Source: Octopus bimaculoides (lineage: Eukaryota). From it: a stretch of DNA of 57,635 bases. The notes beneath the pieces were generated by a model. It was not told the origin of the DNA, did no database searches, and worked only from the letters and a program-made list of their open reading frames with translations. How positions within the stretch are numbered: the stretch's first letter is position 1; the number at the start of each line of letters is the position of its first letter. Below, piece after piece: positions 12,362 to 25,225 of this stretch. The DNA lies in NCBI RefSeq assembly GCF_001194135.2, contig NC_068989.1, positions 78,961,576-79,019,210 on the forward strand, written 5' to 3'. A program made the translations under genes and the position numbers.

Positions 12362-12725
12362 ATAGCACCCAGTGAGCACAGGCAACACCAACGTCCTCTC
12401 AACAATTAGCCAAAGATGATTTTCAAATTGAGAATATCTGAAATAAACTCGACTGCTCTCACAAACGAGAATACTAAAAATGAACACGACTGATCTCAAA
12501 AATTAAGAAAAAAAGACAAGAAAAATAATCCAAAATCTTTGTCCAGTAACGGATCGATCCCAAAATCTAATCAGTTCGTGCTAGTCACAAGGTCAAACAA
12601 CCCTGAAAGTTTCATCTGAATCCATCTAGCGGTTCTTGAGATATCTTGTCCATGGACAAACAAACAAACAAACAAACAAACACGACTGAAATCAATACCT
12701 CTGCCTTCGCTAAGGCAAAGATAAT
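12362..12725 (+). mobile_element. Helentron-associated / DINE-1-like non-autonomous element (HINE-type)
   Basis: An internal (CAAA)n run is followed by a terminal hairpin, tacctctgccttcgctaaggcaaagata (stem gcctt/aaggc). This layout is typical of DINE-1/HINE-like elements; the class is inferred from architecture only. Confidence 0.55.
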
Positions 12726-13195
12726 AATAATGGTTTCAAATCTTATCACAAGGCCATCAGTCTTAGGGGATGCATTAAGTTGATTATATTGACCCCAGTG
12801 CTCAACTGGTACTTATTTTATCGACCCCATGCCCTGATGCAAAACCAAGCTGTGGTTCTCATGGCTTCTGATTTTAACTGATTAGAAGCATTAACATGTA
12901 TGTGCATTGTCTTGCTGTAAAATGTGGGCTACAGCAAATATTCTGCTCAATACCCCAGACTTGCTAGTCAGTTGCTTTACATAAACCAGCTAGGCATGTC
13001 CCTTAGTGACAAATGACATGTCCTTTTTCTGATCATGAGCAGGAGTAGTGCAGGAACACCAGAAACATGGATGTTGCTATCACATCTTAAAACAACCCTT
13101 ATTCAGGGATCTTTTGAGTGGGATGGACTACTCACTCTGAAGAAAATACTCACTGGGCTCCACCTGCTAGGTTATACACTGTTTATCTTGATATG

Positions 13196-13581
13196 GTGGA
13201 GGCGCAATGGCCCAGTGGTTAGGGCAGCAGACTCACGGTCATAGGATCGCGGTTTCGATTCCCAGACCAGGCGTTGTGAGTGTTTATTGAGCGAAAACAC
13301 CTAAAGCTCCACGAGGCTCTGGCAGGGGATGGTGGCGAACCCTGCTGTACTCTTTCACCACAACTTTCTCTCACTCTTATTTCCTGTTTCTGTTGTGCCT
13401 GTAATTCAAAGGGTCAGCCTTGTCACACTGTGTCACGCTGAATATCCCCGAGAACTATGTTAAGGGTACACGTGTCTGTGGAGTGCTCAGCCACTTACAC
13501 GTTAATTTCACGAGCAGGCTGTTCCGTTGATTGGATCAACTGGAACCCTCGACGTCGTAAGCGACGGAGTGCCAACAACAA
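13196..13581 (+). mobile_element. Family C tRNA-derived SINE with an 11-bp TSD, inserted in an older repeat (family F, about 12835-13700)
   Basis: TSD atcttgatatg at 13185-13195 and 13582-13592. A box tggcccagtgg, B box ggtttcgattcc, (caa)n tail. Confidence 0.93.
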
Positions 13582-15076
13582 ATCTTGATATGAGGTCATG
13601 GTTGTGATGCATGTGCCTGGTGTACACTTAGCAGAGGCAAGTCATGATGGGTATCTTGGGCTTCGTATATTTGTACACCAACATCACTTTGATGCATGTG
13701 CTGCTCTCTCGTTCTTCAACAACAGCATCAGCAGCAGTGACAGCAACAGCAACAACATTTCAAAATTTGGCATAAGGTCAGTAATTTTAGGAGGATAGAA
13801 AGGTCAATTACAACAAGTCCAGTACTTGACTAGTACTTAACTTACCATCCGCAAAAGGATGAAATATGAAGCTGACTTTGGTTTACTCCCATTCTCTCTA
13901 CTATAGGGAAGTAGCTTTTCTATAACAATAAAATCTGTTCTACTCTGGTTTCATCACTTATACTTTGACCTCACATCTCTAAGTATAAAGCTGCCTTCCT
14001 CTCTGCTGTAATCCCACTTGGTCAGTCAAAGGGTATCTTAATCTTGCCAGCTGCATGGTAACCTCAGTTGTGTTGTGCAGTAAAGAAAGCACCCAATGCA
14101 CTTAGTAAAGTGGTTGGTATTAGGAAAGGCATCCAGCCTTAGAAACCATGCCAAAGGTGACATTGGAGCCTGATGCAGTCTTTGGGCCCAACGGATCCTG
14201 TCAAACCATCCTGCTCACGAAAAGCATGGAACATGGATGTTAAAAGAAAATGATGATGATGATGATGATGATGATGACGATGATGACAACAATGATGATG
14301 ATGACAATAATGATGGGTATGATGATAACGTGATGATGGTCTATGATATGATGACAATGCCAACAACAATGACAATGATGATGATGATGAAGATGATGAG
14401 GATGAAGATGATGATGATGATGACGATGGTGATGATGATTATGATAATGATGATGATGATGATCTTGACTGAACTGACTTTGATTACGAGACCTTCTTGA
14501 TATCAGTGGCTGGCCTGGGGTTAAACAATAACAACATCAACATTTTTTTCCCCATAAAAACACAAATGGAAAATTCAAAATGTCACCAGTCTTTTGATGT
14601 GTAATTATCAAAAAGTTTCAATGAATTTTCTGCTTGAAGGAATAATAAACTTAACAACAAGCCTAAAGAACCATGTTGTGGTTATTTAGTCCATTAGAAA
14701 TAGCAGCTAAATCTCACAAATCATATCTCACCTGCTTGTAGTTTTAGATATACAAACCACAGCTGAGCCAATTAATCAGAAATGACCTGAGGTAGAAAAG
14801 AATTACAGCCAGCTAAAAATAGCAACCAAATCTACTTCAGTTATACTTGATTGTCTTAGAAAAGGAAGGTCACATTAGATAATGTAGTAATCTTTGATGT
14901 AGAAAAAGACAAGATGGCAAAAGAAAGAAAGGAAGGAGGAACAAATTAACAGGAGTCTTTGATTTTAAGAAGAACTACATTTAAAATCAAAGGGAAACCC
15001 TTCAGTAAAGAATAGCCATTTTTATTATCATAAATCTTTCTAATTTTGATGTTTTATTTTGCATTTGGCTATATGT

Positions 15077-15322
15077 TTGTGAAAGTACGCTATATCATCT
15101 GCAAAGTCGAGATCTTCTAGAGCTTCTGCATCCGTCCATTCAATGCCTGTTTCGCTTTCAATCATAGTTTCCTTCATAATCCAATCTATAACTAGTAGAA
15201 ATAAAAAGGGAGAAAGTATACAGCCCTGTCAAACTCCTGTTTTTACTTCAAATTTATCCGTAGCTCCATTTCCATGCAAGACTCGGCGTGACATTCCTTG
15301 GTAAGTTGCTCTTATTATAGAT
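15077..15322 (-). mobile_element. RTE-clade LINE reverse transcriptase fragment
   Basis: The minus strand reads SIIRATYQGMSRRVLHGNGATDKFEVKTGV*QGCILSPFLFLLVIDWIMKETMIESETGIEWTDAEALEDLDFADDIAYFH, which contains the QG..LSP and FADD RT motifs in an RTE-type context. Confidence 0.88.
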
Positions 15323-15334
15323 ATATACTTGACT

Positions 15335-15703
15335 GGTATGCTGTAGTGCTGCATAATTCTCCATAAGGCAACAAGTTGGCAGAATTGTTACTGTGAGGGT
15401 AAAGAGACCCTTCGGTCATGAATGACCATGGAGTTGCACCGAGAAAGTTCTCCTCTGAGGCACAAGTCCAAGCAAGGTTGTTTATAGAAGACCAGCAGTC
15501 GCCCATGCATACCAGCCTCCCTTCTTCATGCCACTGACGTTATCCAGGGGAAAAGCAAAGGCCAATACAGCTTGGCACAAGTGATGTTGCAACTCATTTT
15601 TACAGCTGAGTGAACTGGAGCAACACACAGACCAGTCTGGGAATCGAACTCACTACCTCGTGATTGTGAGCCTGACATTCTAACCACTGAGCCATGCACC
15701 TTA
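15335..15703 (-). mobile_element. Family G tRNA-SINE with a conserved central domain
   Basis: tRNA-like head (reverse complement of gggaatcgaactc...taaccactgagccatgc) and the central motif cagttcactcagctgtaaaaatgagttgc. Confidence 0.75.
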
Positions 15704-16464
15704 CTACTGAGATCAAAAGATCTTGTGGTCTATCTATAAGTTATAGCTTCACATTCAGACTAAGATTTACGTTAATTACGTTAATTACTTAATTACGTAA
15801 ATTATCAGCTATCAACCTTGATAAATTTCCTGCTAGTAATTTTTTGTTTACACTATTCATAAAAATATACATTCTTCTTAACTCTGGCAATCGAAAGGTA
15901 GGGTGAATGAAAAACCTGATGAACTTTTATAAAAAGACACAAACTAGTTGGCCAATTTTCACTTTTAACTGCTACATAACATTGTGGTTCATCTCCAGAC
16001 ATTTCTGCCACTAAAACCAAACCCTCCACATTCCATTAACACACCACCATCACCAGTACCCCCAGCCATCACTACCACCCCCATTTTTTTTTATGATCTA
16101 CATTACTATAAACAGGCTGTCAAGATTTAAATGGCATTCATTCACTCAACTAATGATTTAATTTGTCACTCAATGTTTGTTTAACCACATCCCTTCTCTT
16201 CACCATGCCAACCTACTTTCCATATCCTAGACTTCAGGTATTCAGAGAGACCTACCAATCATATTTTACAATTTCCTCTCATCTTGTTCCTGCCCTACTG
16301 CGTCACCCCCACCCCAATCCATCATGTTGGGTGGGAAGCATGGTCTAGTGGTTAGGGGGTTGCACTCACCACCACAAGATCATGGTTTCAGTTCCTGAAC
16401 TAGGTGGAAAATGTGTTGTGCTCTTGAGCAAAACCCTTCATTTCATGTTGCTAATGGTGATTAT

Positions 16465-17373
16465 GAATCTAATGGTGATTACGAAGGTACAGCAGCTCAG
16501 AAAACTCACTTTAATTATTCTGATCAGAAAAGAATTCCTGAATTTGTTGGTGAGATCCAGGCCATGATTGACAAGGATGCCTCCAAGTCAATCAGGTCCA
16601 TTGCCAGGCAGGTAGTGCATGGAGACATTCAGTATTCCTCATACAAAATGATAAAGGGTCAATTTTTATCCCAAGCCATCAAAGAAAAGAGGAAAGACTG
16701 CGCTACAAAGCTTTTGAACAAATTCAAGCATCCCCATCAACCGAACATGCTTTGGATTTCTCAGATGAGAAAAATTTCTGCCTGGTTCAGATGGTGAACA
16801 CACGGAGCAACCGTTGGCTTGCGGTGTCTCCAAAACATGTACCAAGAGTGACAAAAATCAAACATCCAGTGTTTGGAGTGATAACTTGTGATGGCGATAT
16901 TATGCGTCCCTTCGTCTTCCCACACAGCCTGACACTCAACACAGAGGCCTACATCAAGTGCCTGGAGGAGGTAGTGCTGCCTGGGTCAAGAGGGTGACTG
17001 CTGGAATACCCTATATCTGGCAACAGGATTCTATACCATGCCACACAAGCAGGAGAACCGAGTCATGGCTGTCAGACAATTTCTGCGACCACATCACTCC
17101 TAACATCCGGCCATCTAACTCCCCAGACTGCAACCCACTTGATTATTATGAACAGAAGGCAAGGATTATGGCAGCATTCACCAACTTAAACAAGGAGACC
17201 GTCCAGAAGAGTTGCAGGAGATGCCAAAGTCATCTGGAAACTGTCATTGAAGCCAATGGTGATTTGTTCAAGATATTTTTACGTAATTTTGGTAAATACA
17301 TCTGTTAAAATAAGATGTCAACATTATTTTCATTTTTGCGTAATTTAGACCACAATTTATTCACCACACCCTG
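16465..17373 (+). mobile_element. Tc1/mariner DD37D (maT-type) transposon, 5'-truncated, frameshifted transposase
   Basis: Motifs FSDEKNF, WQQDSIPCH and PSNSPDCNPLDYY, with 37 residues between the second and third Asp. The right TIR ends caccctg|TA at 17373. Confidence 0.9.
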
Positions 17374-17549
17374 TATATATATATATATATAAAATGATGA
17401 TGATGATGATGATATATATTTATATATATACACATATATACACATATATACAATATATACATGCTATAGATATATACATATATACAATACATACTTTATA
17501 TTGTATATATAAATCTGTGAGTGTATGTATGCATGTATGCTTAGTATGA

Positions 17550-17677
17550 CTACATCAAGTGCCTGGAGGAGGTAGTGCTGCCTTGGGTCAAGAGGGTGGC
17601 TGCTGGAAGACCCTATGTCTGGCAACAGGACTCTGCACCATGCCACACAAGCAGGAGAACCCAGTCCTGGCTGTCAG
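17550..17677 (+). mobile_element. Second DD37D transposase fragment
   Basis: Reads YIKCLEEVVLPWVKRVAAGRPYVWQQDSAPCHTSRRTQSWLS; homologous to about 16950-17075. Confidence 0.9.
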
Positions 17678-18148
17678 GTACCTGCAAAGTCCATCTCCAA
17701 AACACAGGCCTCAACAACATTTTTTAGGTTGAGACCATCTAGCTGACCATGCAAGCAAGCCATATACTTCAAAACCACCAAAACTACCAAAAGAAAAGGC
17801 AAGGTTCAATATATGCTGGTCCCAGTTTCTCACCTGGCGTTAACGTCAGAAATCAAAAGCCCAGAACAGATACTACAAAGCATCATATCAGGTGCACCAG
17901 CACTTCTGTCAGTCCACTGTTATAAACTAGTGTTTCAGTTGTTGACTCCAAAACGAGTGAGAGGATAAGTTGACCTTGGTGGGATTTTGAGTCAAAGTAT
18001 GATTTGAACTCAGAATGGAGGAAAGGAGCAGCAGCAAATACCACGAGGAATTCTGTCCAACATTGCAATGTTTTTAAAAGGATTCTGTAATTTCACTATA
18101 CACAAACATGTAAATAATATTTTATATATATCTATATATGTGCATGTT

Positions 18149-18191
<43 letters not shown>

Positions 18192-18231
18192 ATATACACA
18201 AAAATACACGCCCATATGTCTCCCCCCCCCC

Positions 18232-19179
18232 NNNNNNNNNNNNNNNNNNNNNNNNNNNNNNNNNNNNNNNNNNNNNNNNNNNNNNNNNNNNNNNNNNNNN
18301 NNNNNNNNNNNNNNNNNNNNNNNNNNNNNNNNNNNNNNNNNNNNNNNNNNNNNNNNNNNNNNNNNNNNNNNNNNNNNNNNNNNNNNNNNNNNNNNNNNNN
18401 NNNNNNNNNNNNNNNNNNNNNNNNNNNNNNNNNNNNNNNNNNNNNNNNNNNNNNNNNNNNNNNNNNNNNNNNNNNNNNNNNNNNNNNNNNNNNNNNNNNN
18501 NNNNNNNNNNNNNNNNNNNNNNNNNNNNNNNNNNNNNNNNNNNNNNNNNNNNNNNNNNNNNNNNNNNNNNNNNNNNNNNNNNNNNNNNNNNNNNNNNNNN
18601 NNNNNNNNNNNNNNNNNNNNNNNNNNNNNNNNNNNNNNNNNNNNNNNNNNNNNNNNNNNNNNNNNNNNNNNNNNNNNNNNNNNNNNNNNNNNNNNNNNNN
18701 NNNNNNNNNNNNNNNNNNNNNNNNNNNNNNNNNNNNNNNNNNNNNNNNNNNNNNNNNNNNNNNNNNNNNNNNNNNNNNNNNNNNNNNNNNNNNNNNNNNN
18801 NNNNNNNNNNNNNNNNNNNNNNNNNNNNNNNNNNNNNNNNNNNNNNNNNNNNNNNNNNNNNNNNNNNNNNNNNNNNNNNNNNNNNNNNNNNNNNNNNNNN
18901 NNNNNNNNNNNNNNNNNNNNNNNNNNNNNNNNNNNNNNNNNNNNNNNNNNNNNNNNNNNNNNNNNNNNNNNNNNNNNNNNNNNNNNNNNNNNNNNNNNNN
19001 NNNNNNNNNNNNNNNNNNNNNNNNNNNNNNNNNNNNNNNNNNNNNNNNNNNNNNNNNNNNNNNNNNNNNNNNNNNNNNNNNNNNNNNNNNNNNNNNNNNN
19101 NNNNNNNNNNNNNNNNNNNNNNNNNNNNNNNNNNNNNNNNNNNNNNNNNNNNNNNNNNNNNNNNNNNNNNNNNNNNNNN
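18232..19179. other. Assembly gap (others at 21581-22031, 23297-23418, 24826-25144, 35745-36428, 47032-47151, 54261-54270)
   Basis: Runs of N. They could hide exons or element interiors. Confidence 1.
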
Positions 19180-19482
19180 ATATACCGCTTGACTGGCCTT
19201 TGTAGGGTTTTTGAGCGAGATCGTTGCCAGTGCCCCTGGACTGGCTCTTGTGCGGGTGGCACATAAAAGACACCATTTCGAGCGTGGCCGTTTTCGTACA
19301 GGTGACACGTAAAAGCACCCACTACACTCTCTGAGTGGTTGGCGTTGGGAAGGGCATCCAGCTGTAGAAACTCTGCCAAATTAGATTGGAGCCTGGTGTT
19401 GCCATCCGGTTTCACCAGTCCTCAGTCAAATCGTCCAACCCATGCTAGCATGGAAGGCGGACGTTAAACGATGATGATGATG
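19180..19482 (+). mobile_element. Family A retroposon with 5' sub-repeat module
   Basis: Near-consensus body with a (GAT)n tail. Confidence 0.88.
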
Positions 19483-19672
19483 CTTATATTTGTATGCTTC
19501 TGTGTGTGTTTATATATAAAATGAGATATATATATATATATTCGATGACTGGCACCTGTGCCAGTGGAGCACTAACAGCACAGTCCGAGCATGATCATTG
19601 CCAGAGCAGCTGTCTGGCTTCCATGCCAGTGGCACGTAAATAGCACCATTTGAGCATGATCGTTACCGAGCC

Positions 19673-19910
19673 AACATTAGATTTCAGTGGAGACATATAG
19701 AGAAATTCAATCAAAAACTAGATCGCCTTTCAAACCATCTAACTTTCCTGTGTAGATGTAGAGACTCAAAGCTAATACCACTTGGCTTGAATGTAATGAT
19801 AGCCCGAGACACCTGATGAAGGCTGGAGGGTATATCAGCCGAAACGTTGCGTTAACAACAAATAAGATGAGGACAAATATCCGTCAAATGTAAATAATGT
19901 AAATAACAAC
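19673..19910 (+). mobile_element. Penelope-like element relic: N-terminal ORF piece joined to pseudo-LTR sequence
   Basis: 19673-19816 translates to NIRFQWRHIEKFNQKLDRLSNHLTFLCRCRDSKLIPLGLNVMIARDT*, matching the NHLxFLxRCxxxxxxPxGL pattern of PLE N-terminal domains. It runs directly into a hammerhead motif. Confidence 0.72.
19808..19853 (+). ncRNA. Minimal hammerhead ribozyme motif (Penelope-type), degenerate
   Basis: gacac-CTGATGA-a-ggctg(gagggtatat)cagcc-GAAAC-GT-T-gcgtt. Stem III is the loopless palindrome ACGT, the triplet is GUU, and stem I has one mismatch. Confidence 0.6.
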
Positions 19911-20039
19911 AATGCTGACCAATTTTTACTCATAAAAATGATGCAGTACTTGGAATATAATGATTTCAAACAGGTAGGGAGAAAATAATGAGAAATCATA
20001 AATAACTCATTTTACCCCGGTTACTAATTCTGCCCGTCA

Positions 20040-20435
20040 TCCTCTTTTACTCTTTTACTTGTTTCAGTCATTTGACTATGGCCATGCTGGAGCACTGCCT
20101 TTAGTCGAACAAATCGACCCCAGGACTTATTCTTTGTAAGCCTAGTACTTATTCTATCGGTCCCTTGTGCCGAACCACTAAGTTATGGGGACGTAAACAC
20201 ACCACCATCGGTTGTCAAGCGATGGTGTGGGGGCAAACACAGACACACAAACACACACACACATATTTATATACATATATACGATGGGCTTCTTTCAGTT
20301 TCCGTCTACCAAATCCACTTACAAGGCTTTGGTCGGCCCGAGGCTATAGTAGAAGCCACTTGCCCAAGGTGTCACGTCGTGGGACTGAACCCGGAACTAT
20401 GTGGTTGGTAAGCAAGCTACTTACCACACAGCCAC
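20040..20435 (-). mobile_element. Family B tRNA-SINE (CORE-like ccttgggcaag domain, internal CA/TA microsatellite, (aaaagagt)n tail)
   Basis: Full-length reverse-complement copy. Other copies or fragments lie near 7430, 8410, 20445, 24450, 27195, 27735, 29285, 29680, 33760 and 46855. It resembles the octopus CORE-type tRNA SINEs, but the family name was not verified. Confidence 0.88.
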
Positions 20436-21401
20436 TCTCAAACCTATGAGATAATCCACTCACAAGGCTTTGGTTGGTCCAAGGCTATAGTATAAGACAC
20501 CTGACCAAGGTACTACATTGTGGGACTGAACTCTGAACCATGAGGTTGAGAAGCAAGCTTTTTACCACACAGCCACATCTGAAAATTTTTATTGAAATAA
20601 CTTGGTTGTTTGTTATTAAATTGGAGTTTGAAACATAAATTAACATGAAGTTCTGATGGAAGACTTTAATTTTTAGCTCACTTTAAGATATAAAATTTAT
20701 ATCATAGAACAAGGGTGAGTTGATTCAGCCTATCAGTCTATGAAGTCAAAAAAAAAAACTGAGAAACTCAGTCACAGTGTGTCACATATGCAATATAAAA
20801 ATGGAAAAATATTTGACAATACTCATGTTGCCAGTAGATAACAAAAAAAAAAAGACAACTCCCTTTTGAGCCATTCAAGATCTCAAACAAAAAAAAAGAC
20901 AAGGGAGATAACTTGAATAAAATCAATGAACTGAAAGTTTTATAATAAACAATGCAGATGGGTGTGGATACCTTGCATTTAAAATCAAATGGTGAAAAGA
21001 CAAGTATTAAGCCAGTGTACACAGAGTTAGAGTGACTCAAATATATTTTTGTGTCATGTCAAAAGGTGAATAACAATGCCATGAAATCATGAATTCAGAT
21101 TTCATTCATAAACTCTTTACTCTTTTTTTTAACTCTTTTACTTGTTTCAGTCATTTGACTGCGGCCATGCTGGAGCACTGCCTTCAGTCGAACAAATTGA
21201 CCCCAGGACTTATTCTTTAGAAGCCTGTGTTTCACTGGTACTTAATTTATCGACCTTGAAAGGATGAAAGGCAAAGTCAACCTCGACAGAATTTGAACTC
21301 AGAACGTAAGGACGGCCGAAACACCGTTTAGCATTTCTCCAGGCATACTAACGATTTTGCCAGTTCAACGCCTTAATAATAATAATAATAATAATAATAA
21401 T

Positions 21402-21462
<61 letters not shown>

Positions 21463-22182
21463 TTAATAATAATAATAATATTAATAATAATAATATTAAT
21501 AATAATATTAATAATAATAATAATAGGCTCTCTATGCCCGGATGCAATACCAGGCAATGGCTCTCATGGCTTCTGATCTTNNNNNNNNNNNNNNNNNNNN
21601 NNNNNNNNNNNNNNNNNNNNNNNNNNNNNNNNNNNNNNNNNNNNNNNNNNNNNNNNNNNNNNNNNNNNNNNNNNNNNNNNNNNNNNNNNNNNNNNNNNNN
21701 NNNNNNNNNNNNNNNNNNNNNNNNNNNNNNNNNNNNNNNNNNNNNNNNNNNNNNNNNNNNNNNNNNNNNNNNNNNNNNNNNNNNNNNNNNNNNNNNNNNN
21801 NNNNNNNNNNNNNNNNNNNNNNNNNNNNNNNNNNNNNNNNNNNNNNNNNNNNNNNNNNNNNNNNNNNNNNNNNNNNNNNNNNNNNNNNNNNNNNNNNNNN
21901 NNNNNNNNNNNNNNNNNNNNNNNNNNNNNNNNNNNNNNNNNNNNNNNNNNNNNNNNNNNNNNNNNNNNNNNNNNNNNNNNNNNNNNNNNNNNNNNNNNNN
22001 NNNNNNNNNNNNNNNNNNNNNNNNNNNNNNNGGGTAGTCATGATGGGTATAATGGGCTTCGTATATTTTACCCCAGTGTCACTTTGATGGCATGCACTGC
22101 TCTCTCACTCAATATTAATAATAATGATAATAATAATAATAATAATAATAATATTAATAATAATAATATCAATAATAATAAT

Positions 22183-22231
<49 letters not shown>

Positions 22232-22234
<3 letters not shown>

Positions 22235-22576
22235 GATGTGACAGTACCATAAGAGAGAAATGTGTCCATTAAAGAGGTTGAGAGGTTATTTAAGGACAAA
22301 GACCTAGAAATAGAAGTGACCAAGATGTGGGGAATGAAAAGCAGCACAGCACCAGTGGTGATTGGAGCGTTAGGGCTAATTAAAAAGGGCCTTGATGAGC
22401 AGCTCAACAAACTCCCTTGCAGTGTTAATGTGGGAGAACGTTAGAAAATAGTGTTTCTAGGTTCCGCACACATTTTGCGCCATGTACTCTCCATGAGATG
22501 AGGACCTGCTGTGACCCTAGAGTCAAGGGATGACTCCGGTTCAGCAGAAGACAATGGACATTATTTTATTTTACAA
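22232..22576 (+). mobile_element. Dong/R4-clade non-LTR retrotransposon 3' end (restriction-like endonuclease) in a (TAA)n array
   Basis: Reads IDVTVP*ERNVSIKEVERLFKDKDLEIEVTKMWGMKSSTAPVVIGALGLIKKGL...*KIVFLGSAHILRHVLSMR* (stop at 22499-22501), followed by a short 3' UTR. TAA tracts lie on both sides. Confidence 0.85.
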
Positions 22577-22592
22577 AATAATAATAATAATA

Positions 22593-22805
22593 GTTTCAAA
22601 TTTTGGCACAAGGCCAGCAATTTTGGGGAGGGAATAAGTCGATTACTTTAACTTCAGGGCTCAACTGGTACTTATTTTATTGACACCCGAAAGGATGAAA
22701 GGCAAAATCAGCCTTAGTGGAATTTGAATCCACAACATAAAACACGGATCAAATGTCACTAATCATTTTGCCTGGCATGCTAACGATTCTGCCAGCTCAA
22801 TGCCT
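22593..22805 (-). mobile_element. Family D SINE, tail variant 2
   Basis: Head, core and tail are present, with AAT-rich runs on both sides. Confidence 0.8.
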
Positions 22806-22892
22806 TATTAATAATATTAACGATTTCATTTATTTGCTAGCAGGGTGACGGATGAGGGGGAACAATAAAAAGACAGACAAGTCTTTGTTGGG

Positions 22893-23514
22893 GTAGGCGC
22901 AGGAGTGGCTGTGTGGTAAGTAGCTTGCTTACCACCCACAGAGTTCTGGGTTCATTCCCACTGCGTGGCACCTTGGGCAAGTGTCTTCTACTATAGCCTC
23001 GGGCCGACCAAAGCCTTGTGAGTGAATATGGTAGATGGAAACTGTAAGAAGCTCATATATATATATATAATAGAGTTATTAATATTTCTAAGTCTCTCTA
23101 AAGGAGACTACGGCAGCGGTACTGGAAATTAATAGTTATCGCCAAGCCAACATGGCAGTCCCAAAACTAGGACGAAAGCTGCCGTGAATTAGCTCCAAGA
23201 AGCCATCGCCTCTAGCTAGCTATGTGACACACGAAACCTGTGTCCTTTATAACCTTCGAACAGGGGAGGTCAGCAGTGTCCCCCTGCTGGTTTGGCNNNN
23301 NNNNNNNNNNNNNNNNNNNNNNNNNNNNNNNNNNNNNNNNNNNNNNNNNNNNNNNNNNNNNNNNNNNNNNNNNNNNNNNNNNNNNNNNNNNNNNNNNNNN
23401 NNNNNNNNNNNNNNNNNNTCATATATATATATATAATAGAGTTATTAATATTTCTAAGTCTCTCTAAAGGAGACTACGGCAGCGGTACTGGAAATTAATA
23501 GTTATCGCCAAGCC

Positions 23515-23560
<46 letters not shown>

Positions 23561-23775
23561 GTTTGTGTGTCTGAGTTTGTCCCCCCAACATCGGTTGACA
23601 ACCGATGCTGGTTTGTTTACGTTCCCGCAACTTGGCGGTTCGGCAAAAGACACCGATAGAATAAGTACTAGGCTTACAAAGAATAAGTCCTGGGGTCGAT
23701 TTGCTCAACTAAAGGCGGTGCTCGAGCATGGCCATAGTCAAATGACTGAAACAAGTAAAAGAGTAAAAGAGTAAA
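22893..23775 (+). mobile_element. Family B SINE split at its internal (TA)n by an insert and an assembly gap
   Basis: 5' half at 22893-23060 (ggcgcaggagtggctgtgtggtaag...); 3' half at 23515-23775 ending in aaaagagtaaaagagta. Confidence 0.85.
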
Positions 23776-24679
23776 AGAATGAAATGATAAAATAAAATAA
23801 TTAAATAAACAAATATTTATTTATTTAATAATAATAATAATAATCTTTTCAACTATAAGTGCAAGGCCTGAAATTTGGGGGAGGGGATAGCTGATTACAT
23901 CGACCCCAGTACTCAACTGGTACTTATTTTATCGACCCCAGTAATGAAATATGAAATCATATACTCAAAGTGTGCTGTATATTTATGTTATTATACCTCT
24001 GTTTTTAACAATGTATATTGTTATATGTTCTGCTGAGTGGTTGGTGTTAAGAAGGGCACCCAGCCCCAAAAAACCCTGCTAAAACGGACATAGAAGTCCG
24101 GTGCAGGCTTCTGCCTGGCCGGCTCCTGTCAAACTGTCCAACCCATGCCAGCATGGAAGGCAGACGTTAAACGATGATGATGGTGATGGTGGTGGTGGTG
24201 GTGGTGGTGGTGATGATGATGATGATGATGATGATGAACTGTTGGCTTTCATATATGACAAATAAAAATAACTCAGAAAGTAGCAGTGATTTTTGGCAAA
24301 TATTGTTTGCAAATTTTAATAACTTTTTATGGTTTAGTTTGGTTCCAGGTGAGTGAATCCTTGATCAAAGGCATTCCAACTGGTTCTCTCAGGTGTATCT
24401 TGACTATTTGACTTTATGTGTGCACTTCTTATAAATATATATATACTTTTTTCTTTTATTTCTTCTACTTGTTTCAGTCATTTGACTGCAGCCATGCTGG
24501 AGCACCACCTTTAGTCGAGCAAATCGACCCCTGGACTTATTCTTTGTAAGCCTAGTACTTATTCTATCGGTGTCTTTTGCTGAACCACTATGTTATGGGG
24601 ACGCAAACGCACCAGCAATCGGTTGTCAAGCGGTGTTGGGAAGACAAACACAGACACACAAACATATACACACATACAG

Positions 24680-24731
<52 letters not shown>

Positions 24732-25171
24732 CAGGCTTCTTTCAGTTTCCATCTACCAAATCCACTGAACCCGGAACCATGTGATTGGGAAGCAAACTTC
24801 TTACCACACACCTACGCTTGCACATNNNNNNNNNNNNNNNNNNNNNNNNNNNNNNNNNNNNNNNNNNNNNNNNNNNNNNNNNNNNNNNNNNNNNNNNNNN
24901 NNNNNNNNNNNNNNNNNNNNNNNNNNNNNNNNNNNNNNNNNNNNNNNNNNNNNNNNNNNNNNNNNNNNNNNNNNNNNNNNNNNNNNNNNNNNNNNNNNNN
25001 NNNNNNNNNNNNNNNNNNNNNNNNNNNNNNNNNNNNNNNNNNNNNNNNNNNNNNNNNNNNNNNNNNNNNNNNNNNNNNNNNNNNNNNNNNNNNNNNNNNN
25101 NNNNNNNNNNNNNNNNNNNNNNNNNNNNNNNNNNNNNNNNNNNNAACTCGCATGTATATATGTATATACAA

Positions 25172-25225
<54 letters not shown>

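Noticed and set aside
18010-19415. Long ORFs of 350-430 aa here, and similar ones across the other gaps
   Set aside because: They are open only because N runs contain no stop codons.
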